Assembly: GCA_000830295.1 (NCBI GenBank)
Contig: CP010425.1
Span: forward strand, 576,001 to 640,000
DNA from: an archaeon GW2011_AR15
GTDB lineage: Archaea; Nanobdellota; Nanobdellia; Woesearchaeales; GW2011-AR15
Direction: 5' to 3'
DNA length: 64,000 nucleotides
Every line of letters begins with the position of its first letter. Position 1 is the first letter of the stretch. Of this stretch, positions 19,807-29,967 are shown one piece after another. Made by a program: the position numbers and the translations under genes. Below the pieces are notes generated by a model. That model was not told where the DNA came from. It saw only the letters and a program-made list of their open reading frames with translations, and did no database searches.

Positions 19807-19815
19807 GCAGAGATA

Positions 19816-20379
19816 ATGGAAAGAATTTCAATGTCCAAGGTAAGAGGACGTTACAGGAAATTAAATATAGACAGGAAATGGATTATCCTTGTGCTTCTGG
19901 CTGCCATTGCCTCAATATTCATCAACCTCTGGCCACTCATATTCCTATCCCTGTTCTGCATCCTGAATGCAATCCTCCTTAGCATAGACAGGTATGTCCA
20001 GATGCCTGTTGATATTGAGATTTCAACCTTTTCTGCAGTCCTGATGACATATTCATACGGCCTTAACTGGGGGATTGCCGCAGCAATACTGACAAAACTG
20101 GCAGCAATACTCTATAACAAAAATGTCAGAGTCGACCATTTTTTCATGATGGGGGGCTATGTTGTCGCAGCCATGCTTGCAAATTCCCTGGCTTTTCCGA
20201 GCATAATAATGGCCGGAATCATAATTGCATTTATGGTGAACCTTTATGTCGTCTTTGTCTCAAAATTCATAACAATGCTGTCTGCATATGAGATACTGAT
20301 GTACGGCACAAGCAACTTCATATTCAATGTCGTCCTGTTTGTCGGATTCGCAGATCTGTTCAGGCTTCTCATGATTTGA
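19816..20379 (+). CDS. Membrane protein, ECF S-component-like (paralog 2)
   Basis: Tandem paralog of 19255; DRKWI, DIEISTFSAVLM..YGLNWG. Confidence 0.6.
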   Translation: MERISMSKVRGRYRKLNIDRKWIILVLLAAIASIFINLWPLIFLSLFCILNAILLSIDRYVQMPVDIEISTFSAVLMTYSYGLNWGIAAAILTKLAAILYNKNVRVDHFFMMGGYVVAAMLANSLAFPSIIMAGIIIAFMVNLYVVFVSKFITMLSAYEILMYGTSNFIFNVVLFVGFADLFRLLMI

Positions 20380-20417
20380 CAACAATTTTTTTAAACTAGG
20401 ACAATTCTTCATACTGC

Positions 20418-21014
20418 ATGCCCCATTATTATTCTGAAAAGCAGGACTCAGAGCTTAACCTCAAAAAAATAGAAATCAGGCTGAAACAAATATCTTTCAG
20501 CATGTATACTGCCGGCGGCATATTCTCAAAGGGCAGGCTTGATACAGGCACGAGGCTGCTAATAGAAAATGCCCAGATCGGAAAAAATGACGACATCCTT
20601 GATCTCGGGTGCGGTATCGGAGTAGTGGGAATTGCTGTTAAGCTTATGCATCCAGAAGCAAAAGTCACCATGTCGGACATAAATGAAAGGGCAGTTATGA
20701 TTGCCTTAAAAAATGTTAAAACCCATAACCTTGGCATTGAAGTTTTGAAAAGCAACCTGTATGAAAAAATAAACAAGAAATTTGACACTATCCTTGTTAA
20801 TCCCCCGCAGACAGCAGGCAGAGAGGTATGTTTTGCAATAATAGAAGGCGCATACACCCATCTGGAAAAATCCGGAAGCCTGCAGCTTGTTGCAAGGCAT
20901 AAGAAAGGCGGGAGCATGCTCGAAAAAAAAATGCAGGAAGTTTTCGGCAATGTTGAGACTTCTGCAAACGGCTCAGGGTACAGGGTATACCTAAGCAGGA
21001 AAACTATTTCTTAG
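20418..21014 (+). CDS. RsmC-like small methyltransferase
   Basis: HYYS, GIFSKGRLDTGT, LDLGCGIG, NPPQ. Confidence 0.9.
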   Translation: MPHYYSEKQDSELNLKKIEIRLKQISFSMYTAGGIFSKGRLDTGTRLLIENAQIGKNDDILDLGCGIGVVGIAVKLMHPEAKVTMSDINERAVMIALKNVKTHNLGIEVLKSNLYEKINKKFDTILVNPPQTAGREVCFAIIEGAYTHLEKSGSLQLVARHKKGGSMLEKKMQEVFGNVETSANGSGYRVYLSRKTIS

Positions 21015-22269
21015 ATTTTGAATTCTTCTCTTCTTCAGCAAGTCTCTTTTTCTTATCCTCGCTTCTCCTGAAAAGTATTGTCCCGAAAATTGAGACTACA
21101 GATGTCGAGAATATAAGGAGAAGCACTATTTCCGTAAATCCGGGGATAATTATGCCCTCATTGAAAGGGAGGAATGCAAGAAGTGTTGCTACAAAACCGC
21201 GCGGCACCATGGTTGAAATCAGGAAAGCATGCTGCCTGTATTTTTTTTCTATGAGTGATATGAAACCCACACTGACGTATCTTGTAAGTATCATGATGGT
21301 TATTATGCCCGCAGCCATGACAAGGAGAGGGGCAGTCATAAGGGATATATCAGTTATCATTCCAAGGAATAAGAAAAAGAAGGTCTTTATGAAAAATGAA
21401 AGATCAAGCTGGACAAGCCTTATGGATTTTAATGATTCTATATGCTCTTTCCTGTAGTATTTCTCTTTCAGGTTTAAGGATTTCATTATGCCGCGGATGT
21501 TGCCCAGGAATATTGCGAAGAACAATGCAGCAACGACACCGCTTCCCTGAAAGAACTCAGTTACTCCATAAAGTATGAATATCATCCCGAGGATGAATAC
21601 ATAATTCCTTTTCTTGTGTGCAGGTATCTTTTTGACAGCCTTGAACCATATTACAAAGAAGATTACAGCAAATAGCAGCCCTATGGAAAATTCAACCACA
21701 ACAGAGGTTATCATTGTCCTTATTGAGTCTATTATTGAGAAACTGCTCTGCCTTATCATATTGATAAGGGCAACAGCAATTATGATAAGGGTGGTATCAT
21801 TTAGGATAGATTCCAGCACAAGAAGATGCCTCGTGTCTTTGCCTATATCAAGCCCTTCCAGCAGCACCTGGACCATGACAGTTGTAGTCCCGCTTGACAC
21901 AATACCCAAAAGAAAGCCGTGAAGGAGATTCCAGCCGTAGACATAATGCACAAAAAAACCGACAAAAAGCGTTATCATTACATTAACTATTATTGTAAAA
22001 ATAGCTGCGTCAAACATCTTTTTTACCAGTGTTGAAACGTCAAACTCAAGCCCGCTGTCTATTAGGATAATTACTATGGCTATTGTTGCAAATATCCCTG
22101 CAAGGTCTTTCAGCCCGGTCGGGTCTATGAAGCCGAAAACAGGGCCGATAAGCAGGCCGATGATAATCATGAACAGGGATTCAGGGATTTTGCTCTGCTC
22201 AGAGAAAAGATTGGCTATATAGCCTACCATTATGACAAGCCCTAAAAATAAAAGTGTCTCTATGGCGAT
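21004..22269 (-). CDS. Cation:proton antiporter (CPA1/NhaP-like)
   Basis: About 12 TM helices, LESILND, PRGFVAT; first ATG is 22230 but an in-frame ATC at 22269 follows a GAGGTG RBS. Confidence 0.88.
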   Translation of the reverse strand: MAIETLLFLGLVIMVGYIANLFSEQSKIPESLFMIIIGLLIGPVFGFIDPTGLKDLAGIFATIAIVIILIDSGLEFDVSTLVKKMFDAAIFTIIVNVMITLFVGFFVHYVYGWNLLHGFLLGIVSSGTTTVMVQVLLEGLDIGKDTRHLLVLESILNDTTLIIIAVALINMIRQSSFSIIDSIRTMITSVVVEFSIGLLFAVIFFVIWFKAVKKIPAHKKRNYVFILGMIFILYGVTEFFQGSGVVAALFFAIFLGNIRGIMKSLNLKEKYYRKEHIESLKSIRLVQLDLSFFIKTFFFLFLGMITDISLMTAPLLVMAAGIITIMILTRYVSVGFISLIEKKYRQHAFLISTMVPRGFVATLLAFLPFNEGIIIPGFTEIVLLLIFSTSVVSIFGTILFRRSEDKKKRLAEEEKNSKSKK

Positions 22270-22316
22270 TTTGGCACCTCAGGGGTATACAAAGCCTGCA
22301 AATATTAAAAAGGTTT

Positions 22317-22673
22317 CTAAATCTCTTTTAAAGAATCATTCACATAGCTCACTAGTCTTATTCCTACCCCTAATTTCAGAAGTGCAGAGAGGACTGCCAT
22401 ATGCTCTTTTCCCGAGCCTGAGACCATATTGAAAGCAACATCTGTACCTGAAATTTTTCCGGACATTCCCTTCCTTATTTTTTCTATGAGCACAGGAAGT
22501 TCATCATTTGCATTTACGACTATTAGCTCCATGTTTTCCTTTTTGCTGAAATTCTCTCTGCCGAAATCATTGGTTATTATGAATATCTTCTCCCATTCTC
22601 CTGCAGAGATTATTTTAGCTGCTTCAGCCCAGGTCCCTTTTCCTGTTGACACCACAATCACAAGCTCTGTCAT
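22317..22673 (-). CDS. Hypothetical protein, Rossmann/CARF-like pattern
   Basis: VVSTGKGTW..FIITN..FNMVSGSGKEHMA. Confidence 0.6.
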   Translation of the reverse strand: MTELVIVVSTGKGTWAEAAKIISAGEWEKIFIITNDFGRENFSKKENMELIVVNANDELPVLIEKIRKGMSGKISGTDVAFNMVSGSGKEHMAVLSALLKLGVGIRLVSYVNDSLKEI

Positions 22674-22710
22674 AAGCCTGCTAAATCAGAAGTTCTTTTT
22701 AAGCCTATTG

Positions 22711-23364
22711 CTAAATTTTCCCGCTGTTTATGTAATCCTTGAAATCCTTTGAGGTTATGTGCACCCTTGTCTGGAATTTCCTGTCGAATTTCTTTTTCTT
22801 CCCTTTCAGATACAGGCCATAAAGGATTCCGGTTGCGACTCCGACAAGGTGCGCGAGGTTTCCGACTCCGGAAGGCACAAAGACACCAAGGACGTCCAGA
22901 AGTATCCAGATTATGCCTGCTGTCCTTAATGACATGGGTATGAAGAAGAGGAACAGCAGCTTCAGGTCAGGCATAAGCACTATAAGCGCCCCAAGCATTC
23001 CCATTATTGCTCCAGAAGCCCCAAGCGCGGCAGGGGCGGTGCCGTATATGAGCATGCTGAAGACTATGTGCCCTATGCCGGACAGCAGCCCTGCACCGAG
23101 ATAGAGCAGCAGGAACCTGTTAGGGCCTATCCTTCCCTCCAGAAGAGGTCCGAACATAAGGAGACCGTACATATTCCAGAAAAGATGGCCGAAAATATAA
23201 GGCGAATGGAGAAACATAGAAGTCAGCAGGATATACGGCCTGTAAATCACGTCAGCAGGAGTGAGCATGAAGAATGATGTGAACCAGTTGCCGAGGAATA
23301 TCTGCAGGGCAAACATGGCTACATTGATGACTATTATCGGCAGTATGACAGACCTCAGCTTCAT
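22711..23364 (-). CDS. Rhomboid intramembrane serine protease
   Basis: TSMFLH, HLFWNM, GASGA, AHLVG. Confidence 0.95.
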   Translation of the reverse strand: MKLRSVILPIIVINVAMFALQIFLGNWFTSFFMLTPADVIYRPYILLTSMFLHSPYIFGHLFWNMYGLLMFGPLLEGRIGPNRFLLLYLGAGLLSGIGHIVFSMLIYGTAPAALGASGAIMGMLGALIVLMPDLKLLFLFFIPMSLRTAGIIWILLDVLGVFVPSGVGNLAHLVGVATGILYGLYLKGKKKKFDRKFQTRVHITSKDFKDYINSGKI

Positions 23365-23507
23365 TCCGTGGAGTAATATCTGTTCATTTTAATTTCTTTT
23401 GATATTTTCCAGAACAACAATTTTTAAATACAACTTTAAGCATTCCTTAATAGTGCACCCAAAACTTTTTTCAGATTCTGCATATTTTTTAAGAGGTGGA
23501 GCCGGCC

Positions 23508-25229
23508 ATGTCTGACCTTCTTAAGGACGTGATGAAGAGGTCAATAGACAGTGAGTTCTACAGCCCATTCCCCAAAGGCTACAGGCCCGGCAGGACAAAG
23601 TATATTGTTGTATTCGGCACAGTGATATCAGGAATAGGCAAGGGCATTTTTGCAGGTTCGCTTGGGAAGCTGCTGAGGTATAAGGGATTCACGATTTCCC
23701 CCATAAAGTTTGACGGCTACCTCAACCAGGATGCAGGCACGCTTAATCCATACAGGCACGGGGAGGTCTTTGTGCTTGAGGACGGCACAGAATCAGACAT
23801 GGACCTCGGCACATACGAGAGATTCCTTGACATTAATCTTACAAAAGACAACTACATCACAAACGGCAAGCTTTTCCAGGAGATACTGAATAAGGAGAGG
23901 AGAGGGGATTACCTTGGCAGGGATGTGCAGGTCATTCCCCATGTTACAGGAGAGATAAAGCTGTTTCTGAGAAAGCTGGCTGTAAAGTCAAAATCTGATA
24001 TTGTCTTGTTTGAAGTCGGCGGTACAGTAGGGGATCTGGAAAGCATGTTCTGCATAGAGGCAGTAAGGCAGCTGATGTATGAGGAAGGAAAGGAGAATGT
24101 CTGCGCAATAGCAGTCACATATATCATGGAGCCGGGGTTTTTGGGGGAGCAGAAAAGCAAAGCAGCCCAGCTTGGCATAAAGAGCCTGCTTTCAAGCGGA
24201 ATCCAGCCCGACATAATCGCATGCAGGGCAAAAAATGAGGTTACGGAAAAAATAAGGCAGAAAATAAGCCTGTATTCCAATGTAGAGCTTCGAGATGTCC
24301 TTAGCATCCCTGATGTCGGAAGCATTTATTTTGTTCCTGAGATGATAAGGAAGACAGGAGTTGCTGAAAGCGTGATGAAGAAGCTGAAGCTTGGCAGCAG
24401 GATATCAAAAAAAGAAGAAGAAAGCAAATGGCAGAAATGGTCTAAGTTTACAGGCAGGATAAAAAACCCGAAAAACAGGGTTGTTATAGGCATGTTCGGG
24501 AAATATACCAATCTAAGGGACTCTTATGCCAGCATACTGAAGGCGCTGGAGCATGCAGGAGCTAATCTTGACACTGCAGTTGAAATAAAATGGATAGAGA
24601 CAACAGATATTGAAGAAGGGAAACTTAAAGTTGAAGAGGCCCTGAAAGGCATTGACGGCGCGCTTATAGCTCCAGGATTCGGGAAGAGAGGGACAGAAGG
24701 CAAGATTGCCAGCATAAAATACATCAGGCAAAAAAATATACCCTATCTCGGAGTCTGTTACGGCATGCAGATGGCCATAATAGAGTTCGCAAGGAATGTC
24801 TGCGGGCTTAAGGATGCTAACTCGACAGAGATAGATAGCAGGACGAGGCACCAGGTTATTGACATACTGCCCGAGCAGAAGAAGATTGAAGGATTAGGGG
24901 GAAACATGAGGCTGGGCGCAAAAGAAGTTTTAGTAAAGAAAGGCACAATGGCATATGAGCTCTATGGCAGAAAGAAGATGATAAAGGAAAGGTTCAGGCA
25001 CAGATATGAAGTAAACCCAGAGTATATCCCCCTGCTGGCGAAGAAAGGCATGGTTTTTTCAGGCAAGCATCCTGAGTATGACATAATGCAGATAATGGAG
25101 CTTCCGGGGAAGAGATTCTTTGTCGGCAGCCAGTTCCACCCCGAATTCACATCTAAATTACTCCATCCCAACCCTCTCTACCTCGGTTTTGTCAGGGCGG
25201 CTCTTGGATCGGGCCTCAGTAAACTATAA
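23508..25229 (+). CDS. pyrG: CTP synthase
   Basis: SGIGKG, DAGTLNPYRHGEVFV, GVCYGMQ, QFHPEF. Confidence 0.97.
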   Translation: MSDLLKDVMKRSIDSEFYSPFPKGYRPGRTKYIVVFGTVISGIGKGIFAGSLGKLLRYKGFTISPIKFDGYLNQDAGTLNPYRHGEVFVLEDGTESDMDLGTYERFLDINLTKDNYITNGKLFQEILNKERRGDYLGRDVQVIPHVTGEIKLFLRKLAVKSKSDIVLFEVGGTVGDLESMFCIEAVRQLMYEEGKENVCAIAVTYIMEPGFLGEQKSKAAQLGIKSLLSSGIQPDIIACRAKNEVTEKIRQKISLYSNVELRDVLSIPDVGSIYFVPEMIRKTGVAESVMKKLKLGSRISKKEEESKWQKWSKFTGRIKNPKNRVVIGMFGKYTNLRDSYASILKALEHAGANLDTAVEIKWIETTDIEEGKLKVEEALKGIDGALIAPGFGKRGTEGKIASIKYIRQKNIPYLGVCYGMQMAIIEFARNVCGLKDANSTEIDSRTRHQVIDILPEQKKIEGLGGNMRLGAKEVLVKKGTMAYELYGRKKMIKERFRHRYEVNPEYIPLLAKKGMVFSGKHPEYDIMQIMELPGKRFFVGSQFHPEFTSKLLHPNPLYLGFVRAALGSGLSKL

Positions 25230-25277
25230 ATACTTACTTTCTCTTTAAGATAATAAAAAAAATAGAGGGATGGGTTT

Positions 25278-28200
25278 TTGAGGAAAGTACTGTTCGCTGC
25301 TGTTGTACTGATTATATTATTTTCTGCACTCTCGGTTAGTAAGCCAACAGGCCCTGAAGTAAGTGCAAAAGTTCTCGAGATATCTGAAAAACAGGAAAAA
25401 TTTGATGTTATTGTAAAATTCAGGGACACACCAGATATAGCTTCACTTAGCAAAACCGATTCTGCCAAAAGCCTTTCAATAAAAGCAGCAGAAATAGCGG
25501 ATTTTCAGGAAAATAAACTGGATGAGATACTTGATAAAGACCTCAGACTAAAAAGGCAGAATAGCCTTACAAATGCAGCAACACTCTCAGTAACGCAGGA
25601 GGGCCTTGAAAAACTGATAAATGACCCGGATGTTGAATTTATCTATGAAGATATGCCCGTCCAGGCATTCCTCGATGTTTCTGCTCCGCTGATAGATGCA
25701 AACGATTTCTGGGCTATTAACATCAGCGGAATTGAAATAAACGGGACAGGGGAGACAGTGTGCATAATTGATTCTGGGATAGAGTATAATCACACCTCGT
25801 TGGGTGCATGCACGATAATAAACGAAACACGCTTCGGAAATAATGAGTCGTTTGCGAACGAGTCAGCACATGATTACACAAATGATCTTTCGCAGATATT
25901 CAAAGTCAACTACACAGGATTTACAAACATAGCAGTCCATTTTGTGAATATAAGCACTGAAGCAGAATTTGATTATGTTGAGATACTTGACCCGAATAAC
26001 AACAACAATACTATTGCAGTATACACAGGCAACCACGACAATGTATGGACGCCTTCTGTTGATGGGGACACAATTTATGTCAAGCTTGAAACAGACTTAT
26101 CTGTAACTGGCTGGGGATTCAAGATTGACCAAGTGATAAACGGCTCTGTAAATACAACCCTAAACTGGTCAACATGTGAGAAAGTTATTGGAGGGTGGGA
26201 TTTCACAGGCACTAACTCAAGCCTTGACGATCAGGACCCCATGGATAATTATGGCCACGGAACTCATGTTGCAGGAATAGTCGCATCAACACATAGTACA
26301 TATATGGGCATTGCTCCTGGGGCGAAAATTGTTGCAGTCAAAGCACTAAACAGTACAGGCGGCGGAACAACGTCAGATATCCTGGCAGCCATAGAGTTTT
26401 GCATAGAGAATAAAGACAGGCTGAATGTATCCGTTGTTTCCATGAGTCTTGGAGTCTCAACTCAATATGCTAATAACTGTGATGCTGATAATTCATTATT
26501 TGCTTTATATTCTCAAACCATACAGCAGGGAATTGCAAATAATATCTCTTTTGTTTCAGCATCAGGGAATGAAGCGAATTCATCAGGAATAACTTTCCCT
26601 GCCTGCCTACAAAATGTGACTTCTGTAGGAGCAACAACAGAAGCAGATGCAGTTGATACAAGCTATTCAAATTCAGCGGCCATACTTGACCTACTGGCCC
26701 CAGGAACGAATATAACCTCCACCTACATAGGCGGCGGAACAACAGAACTGGATGGAACATCAATGGCAACACCCCATGTAGCAGGAGCATTTTTGCTGAT
26801 AAGAAATTTCAAGAGGCTGGAAAACGGTACAATATTAACGCCAAAACAGATTGAGAACATACTGAAAGCAACCGGGATAAATTTAACAGATTCAAGAAAC
26901 TCTCTAAATTTTTCAAGAATAAACCTCTCAGCAGCCCTAGAATCTATCGACGACATTCCCAGAATAACATTTGTTGAGGGAAATGCAACCGGGAATACAA
27001 GCATAAGCTCCAGATTTGTGAATATAACCACATCAGAGCCACTCCATAGGTCATATGTGGAAGTTGATAGCACAACAAATTACACAATGAGCGGAAGCTC
27101 TGAGAATTTCTACTACAACATTACGGGGTTAAGTGTTGGCAGCCATAATTTCACAGTGCATGCTGTAGATTCAACAAACAACACAGGAAACAGTTCATTA
27201 GTCAGTTTCACAGTCACGCCGGCAGCACCGGGCATAACTCTGAATTACCCGACCGAATCATTGGTCGTAAACAGCTTTACAGTTGAGCTTAATTATACAC
27301 TGAATGAAACAAATCTTAACCGGACGTGGTATACAAAAAACAGCAATGCTACAAAAATTTCATTAACAGGAAGCAACGGGAATAATCTCCAAAATATAAC
27401 TTTCACAAAAGCAGGCAGGCAGGTTCTATCAGTCTTTGCCAACAATACCAATGGCGGAGTCGGCAGTGCAAATGTTACTTTTTTCATCAATCAAAGCTTT
27501 AATATCACACAATGGACAAGCGCGGTCTCAACAGCATCCCCGAATATATCTTCTGTAAGAATACAAGATCCAACAGGAGGTACTTTGACAGGAAATATTT
27601 CTGCAGATATGAATTTTACTCTGAAAATAAATTTTACAACTAGTGGGATAAATCTTACAGCACATAATCTGACAGGTCTCAACACAACATGGGATTTCGT
27701 ACTTATAGCAGATGATGATTCGGCTTCTTTTGTTTCAGACATCGGGGATGCAATAGGTACAGGTCCGGTAGATTATGTTCACCTGAAGAATTTTTCCAAT
27801 TTTTTCAATGATTCAGATGATTACTTCGGAAATGTAAGCCTGCCGCTAAACGCCAGCGCATATAACGGAATTTATTATTGCCCGACAGGAAACTTCTCAG
27901 CATGCACGCAGATAAGCAGCTGCTCAGGAGAATTCAATGAGACATCATCAACATCATGTTACAACACCTCAACAGGAATTGCAAGAGTATTCGTGCCTCA
28001 TTTCAGCGCAGTTTTCGGGGCCAATGATACTGTTGCACCTACAATTACAATGATTAATCCAGTGAATAATTCAATAATTAATTTCAGCTATCATGTTCCT
28101 GTTAATTTCACGACAAACGAGAATTCAACATGGTGTTTCTACCAGCATAATGCCGGCACAGCAGTTAATGTTACCGGCACAACATCATTCAATACAGTTT

Positions 28201-29531
28201 TCAACGCTACAAGCAATAGCGCCCAGAATATTTCAGTCACTTGCCGCGATCAGTATAATAACTCTAATTCGCCGGCCACTGTAGTTTATTTTACAATCAA
28301 TGATACAACAGCTCCAACAATCTCTTCCCTAAGTGATACTTCAACCACGTCAACAGTCAGGATAACATTCAACACAAACGAGCCCGCCAATTCCTCAGTA
28401 GTTTTAAGCAGCGGGACAACGACAACAAACACAACGCTCAGGCTTTCCCATTCATTCAATCTCACAGGCTTAACTGAGGATACAAGCTACAGCTATAATA
28501 TAACTGTTTGCGACAGACTCTCCAACTGCGGCAACACATCTGGAACAGAAGCTACAGAAGATTCATCATCAGATGACAGCTCAAGCAGCTCAGACTCTTC
28601 CAGCTCCTCCGGAGGCAGCAGTTCCGGAACAGCATCAGCCACGGCAAAGATGACGCAGATATGGGAAACCCTTGAAAGAGGAGAGCAGATAATGAATGTT
28701 GCAAGCGTAAAGATAGCCTTTACCAGACTCACACTGGCTGTCCTGAATACTATAGACTCTCAGGTGACTGTAAGTGTGGAATCCCTGCTTGAACTGCCTT
28801 CATCAGTGCCGGCGCCAGGCAGAGAGATTTTCCAGTACCTTGAGACTGAGGAAACTGGAATAACAGATGTGGATATAGGAGCAGTCACTATAAATTTCAG
28901 GGTGGATAATTCATGGATAGAAGAGAACTCAATAGATGCTGAAAGCATAAAGCTTTACAGGTATACTGATGCATGGGCTGCGCTTGAGACAGAGTTCCTG
29001 TCGCAGGATACAGTATATGCCTATTATGAGGCACAGTCTCCCGGCCTGAGCTATTTTGCAGTAACAGGCGGCAAGCTGCCGCAAAATGTTGTAGCAGCAA
29101 ACGAAACAGGAACAAACGAAACAGGAAATATAACGGATTTACCGAATGAAACAGCTAAAAGATTTAACTTTCTTCCGTGGCTGCTCATACTCCTTTTCGT
29201 GGGTGCAGCGGGTGTAGGGTTCTATTATTACCAAAAAACCGTGTCAGTCAGCACAGACAAGGAGCTGCATGGATTAAGGGAATATGTGAGAAAATACAGG
29301 AAGCAGGGTGGAAAAACAGAAGATATAGAGAAAGCCCTTATCACAGAGGGCTGGAACAAGAACCTTGTTGATCTTGCTCTGCATGAAGTGGAAGAACCGC
29401 ACGAGCAGCATGACAAGCTGCAGGAATACATAAGCAAGGCATTAAAATCAGGAAAGACAAAAAAAGAGGTAGAGGAACTCCTGAAAAGAGCAGGCTGGGG
29501 CGATGATGTGATAAACAAATATCTCAAATAG
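25278..29531 (+). CDS. Membrane-anchored S8 subtilase with CUB-like insert, Ig/FN3-like stalk and PGF-pre-PGF domain
   Basis: Signal peptide, IIDSG, HGTHVAG, GTSMATPHVAG, many N-x-S/T sequons, Ser-rich linker, SPGLSYFA, TM helix, cytoplasmic repeats. Confidence 0.92.
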   Translation: MRKVLFAAVVLIILFSALSVSKPTGPEVSAKVLEISEKQEKFDVIVKFRDTPDIASLSKTDSAKSLSIKAAEIADFQENKLDEILDKDLRLKRQNSLTNAATLSVTQEGLEKLINDPDVEFIYEDMPVQAFLDVSAPLIDANDFWAINISGIEINGTGETVCIIDSGIEYNHTSLGACTIINETRFGNNESFANESAHDYTNDLSQIFKVNYTGFTNIAVHFVNISTEAEFDYVEILDPNNNNNTIAVYTGNHDNVWTPSVDGDTIYVKLETDLSVTGWGFKIDQVINGSVNTTLNWSTCEKVIGGWDFTGTNSSLDDQDPMDNYGHGTHVAGIVASTHSTYMGIAPGAKIVAVKALNSTGGGTTSDILAAIEFCIENKDRLNVSVVSMSLGVSTQYANNCDADNSLFALYSQTIQQGIANNISFVSASGNEANSSGITFPACLQNVTSVGATTEADAVDTSYSNSAAILDLLAPGTNITSTYIGGGTTELDGTSMATPHVAGAFLLIRNFKRLENGTILTPKQIENILKATGINLTDSRNSLNFSRINLSAALESIDDIPRITFVEGNATGNTSISSRFVNITTSEPLHRSYVEVDSTTNYTMSGSSENFYYNITGLSVGSHNFTVHAVDSTNNTGNSSLVSFTVTPAAPGITLNYPTESLVVNSFTVELNYTLNETNLNRTWYTKNSNATKISLTGSNGNNLQNITFTKAGRQVLSVFANNTNGGVGSANVTFFINQSFNITQWTSAVSTASPNISSVRIQDPTGGTLTGNISADMNFTLKINFTTSGINLTAHNLTGLNTTWDFVLIADDDSASFVSDIGDAIGTGPVDYVHLKNFSNFFNDSDDYFGNVSLPLNASAYNGIYYCPTGNFSACTQISSCSGEFNETSSTSCYNTSTGIARVFVPHFSAVFGANDTVAPTITMINPVNNSIINFSYHVPVNFTTNENSTWCFYQHNAGTAVNVTGTTSFNTVFNATSNSAQNISVTCRDQYNNSNSPATVVYFTINDTTAPTISSLSDTSTTSTVRITFNTNEPANSSVVLSSGTTTTNTTLRLSHSFNLTGLTEDTSYSYNITVCDRLSNCGNTSGTEATEDSSSDDSSSSSDSSSSSGGSSSGTASATAKMTQIWETLERGEQIMNVASVKIAFTRLTLAVLNTIDSQVTVSVESLLELPSSVPAPGREIFQYLETEETGITDVDIGAVTINFRVDNSWIEENSIDAESIKLYRYTDAWAALETEFLSQDTVYAYYEAQSPGLSYFAVTGGKLPQNVVAANETGTNETGNITDLPNETAKRFNFLPWLLILLFVGAAGVGFYYYQKTVSVSTDKELHGLREYVRKYRKQGGKTEDIEKALITEGWNKNLVDLALHEVEEPHEQHDKLQEYISKALKSGKTKKEVEELLKRAGWGDDVINKYLK

Positions 29532-29532
29532 A

Positions 29533-29967
29533 TTATTTCTTCTTCTTTATCATGTCTTCAATAGTGAGTTCTTTTGTATCCGCCTTCAGGCTTTTGGAAG
29601 TAACTTCCCGTTCTTCAATAAGCTTAACGCTCAGCTGCTTTTCCAGCTTCCTTGCTATCTCAAGCGGAGGCACGTATTCTCCTGATTCCATCTTGTGCAC
29701 AAGAGATTCCCTCTCAGCAAGATATTTTGCGAACTCATTCTGCTTCAGTCCCATCTTTTCCCTTTTTTCCCTGATTATCTTTGGGAAATCATCTATGACG
29801 ACCTCTATTATCTCTTTTTCAGGCCTCCGGACAACCCTCGACCTCACAACAAGTTTCTTCCTTACTGGCCTGCCGAAAGAAGCGCAGTTCCTGCAGACTT
29901 TCAGCTCCACGCCTTCAACCATGACAGTGACCAGCTCTGCTTCTGTTCCGCACATCTCGCAGTTCAT
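29533..29967 (-). CDS. mbf1: Archaeal multiprotein bridging factor 1
   Basis: CEMCG..VCRNC zinc ribbon plus HTH (REKMGLKQNEFA..ESGEYVP). Confidence 0.92.
   Translation of the reverse strand: MNCEMCGTEAELVTVMVEGVELKVCRNCASFGRPVRKKLVVRSRVVRRPEKEIIEVVIDDFPKIIREKREKMGLKQNEFAKYLAERESLVHKMESGEYVPPLEIARKLEKQLSVKLIEEREVTSKSLKADTKELTIEDMIKKKK

Noticed and set aside
28555-28630. Ser-rich low-complexity repeat (also the Gly run near 45100-45190)
   Set aside because: These are ordinary protein linkers with mixed codons, not DNA-level repeats.
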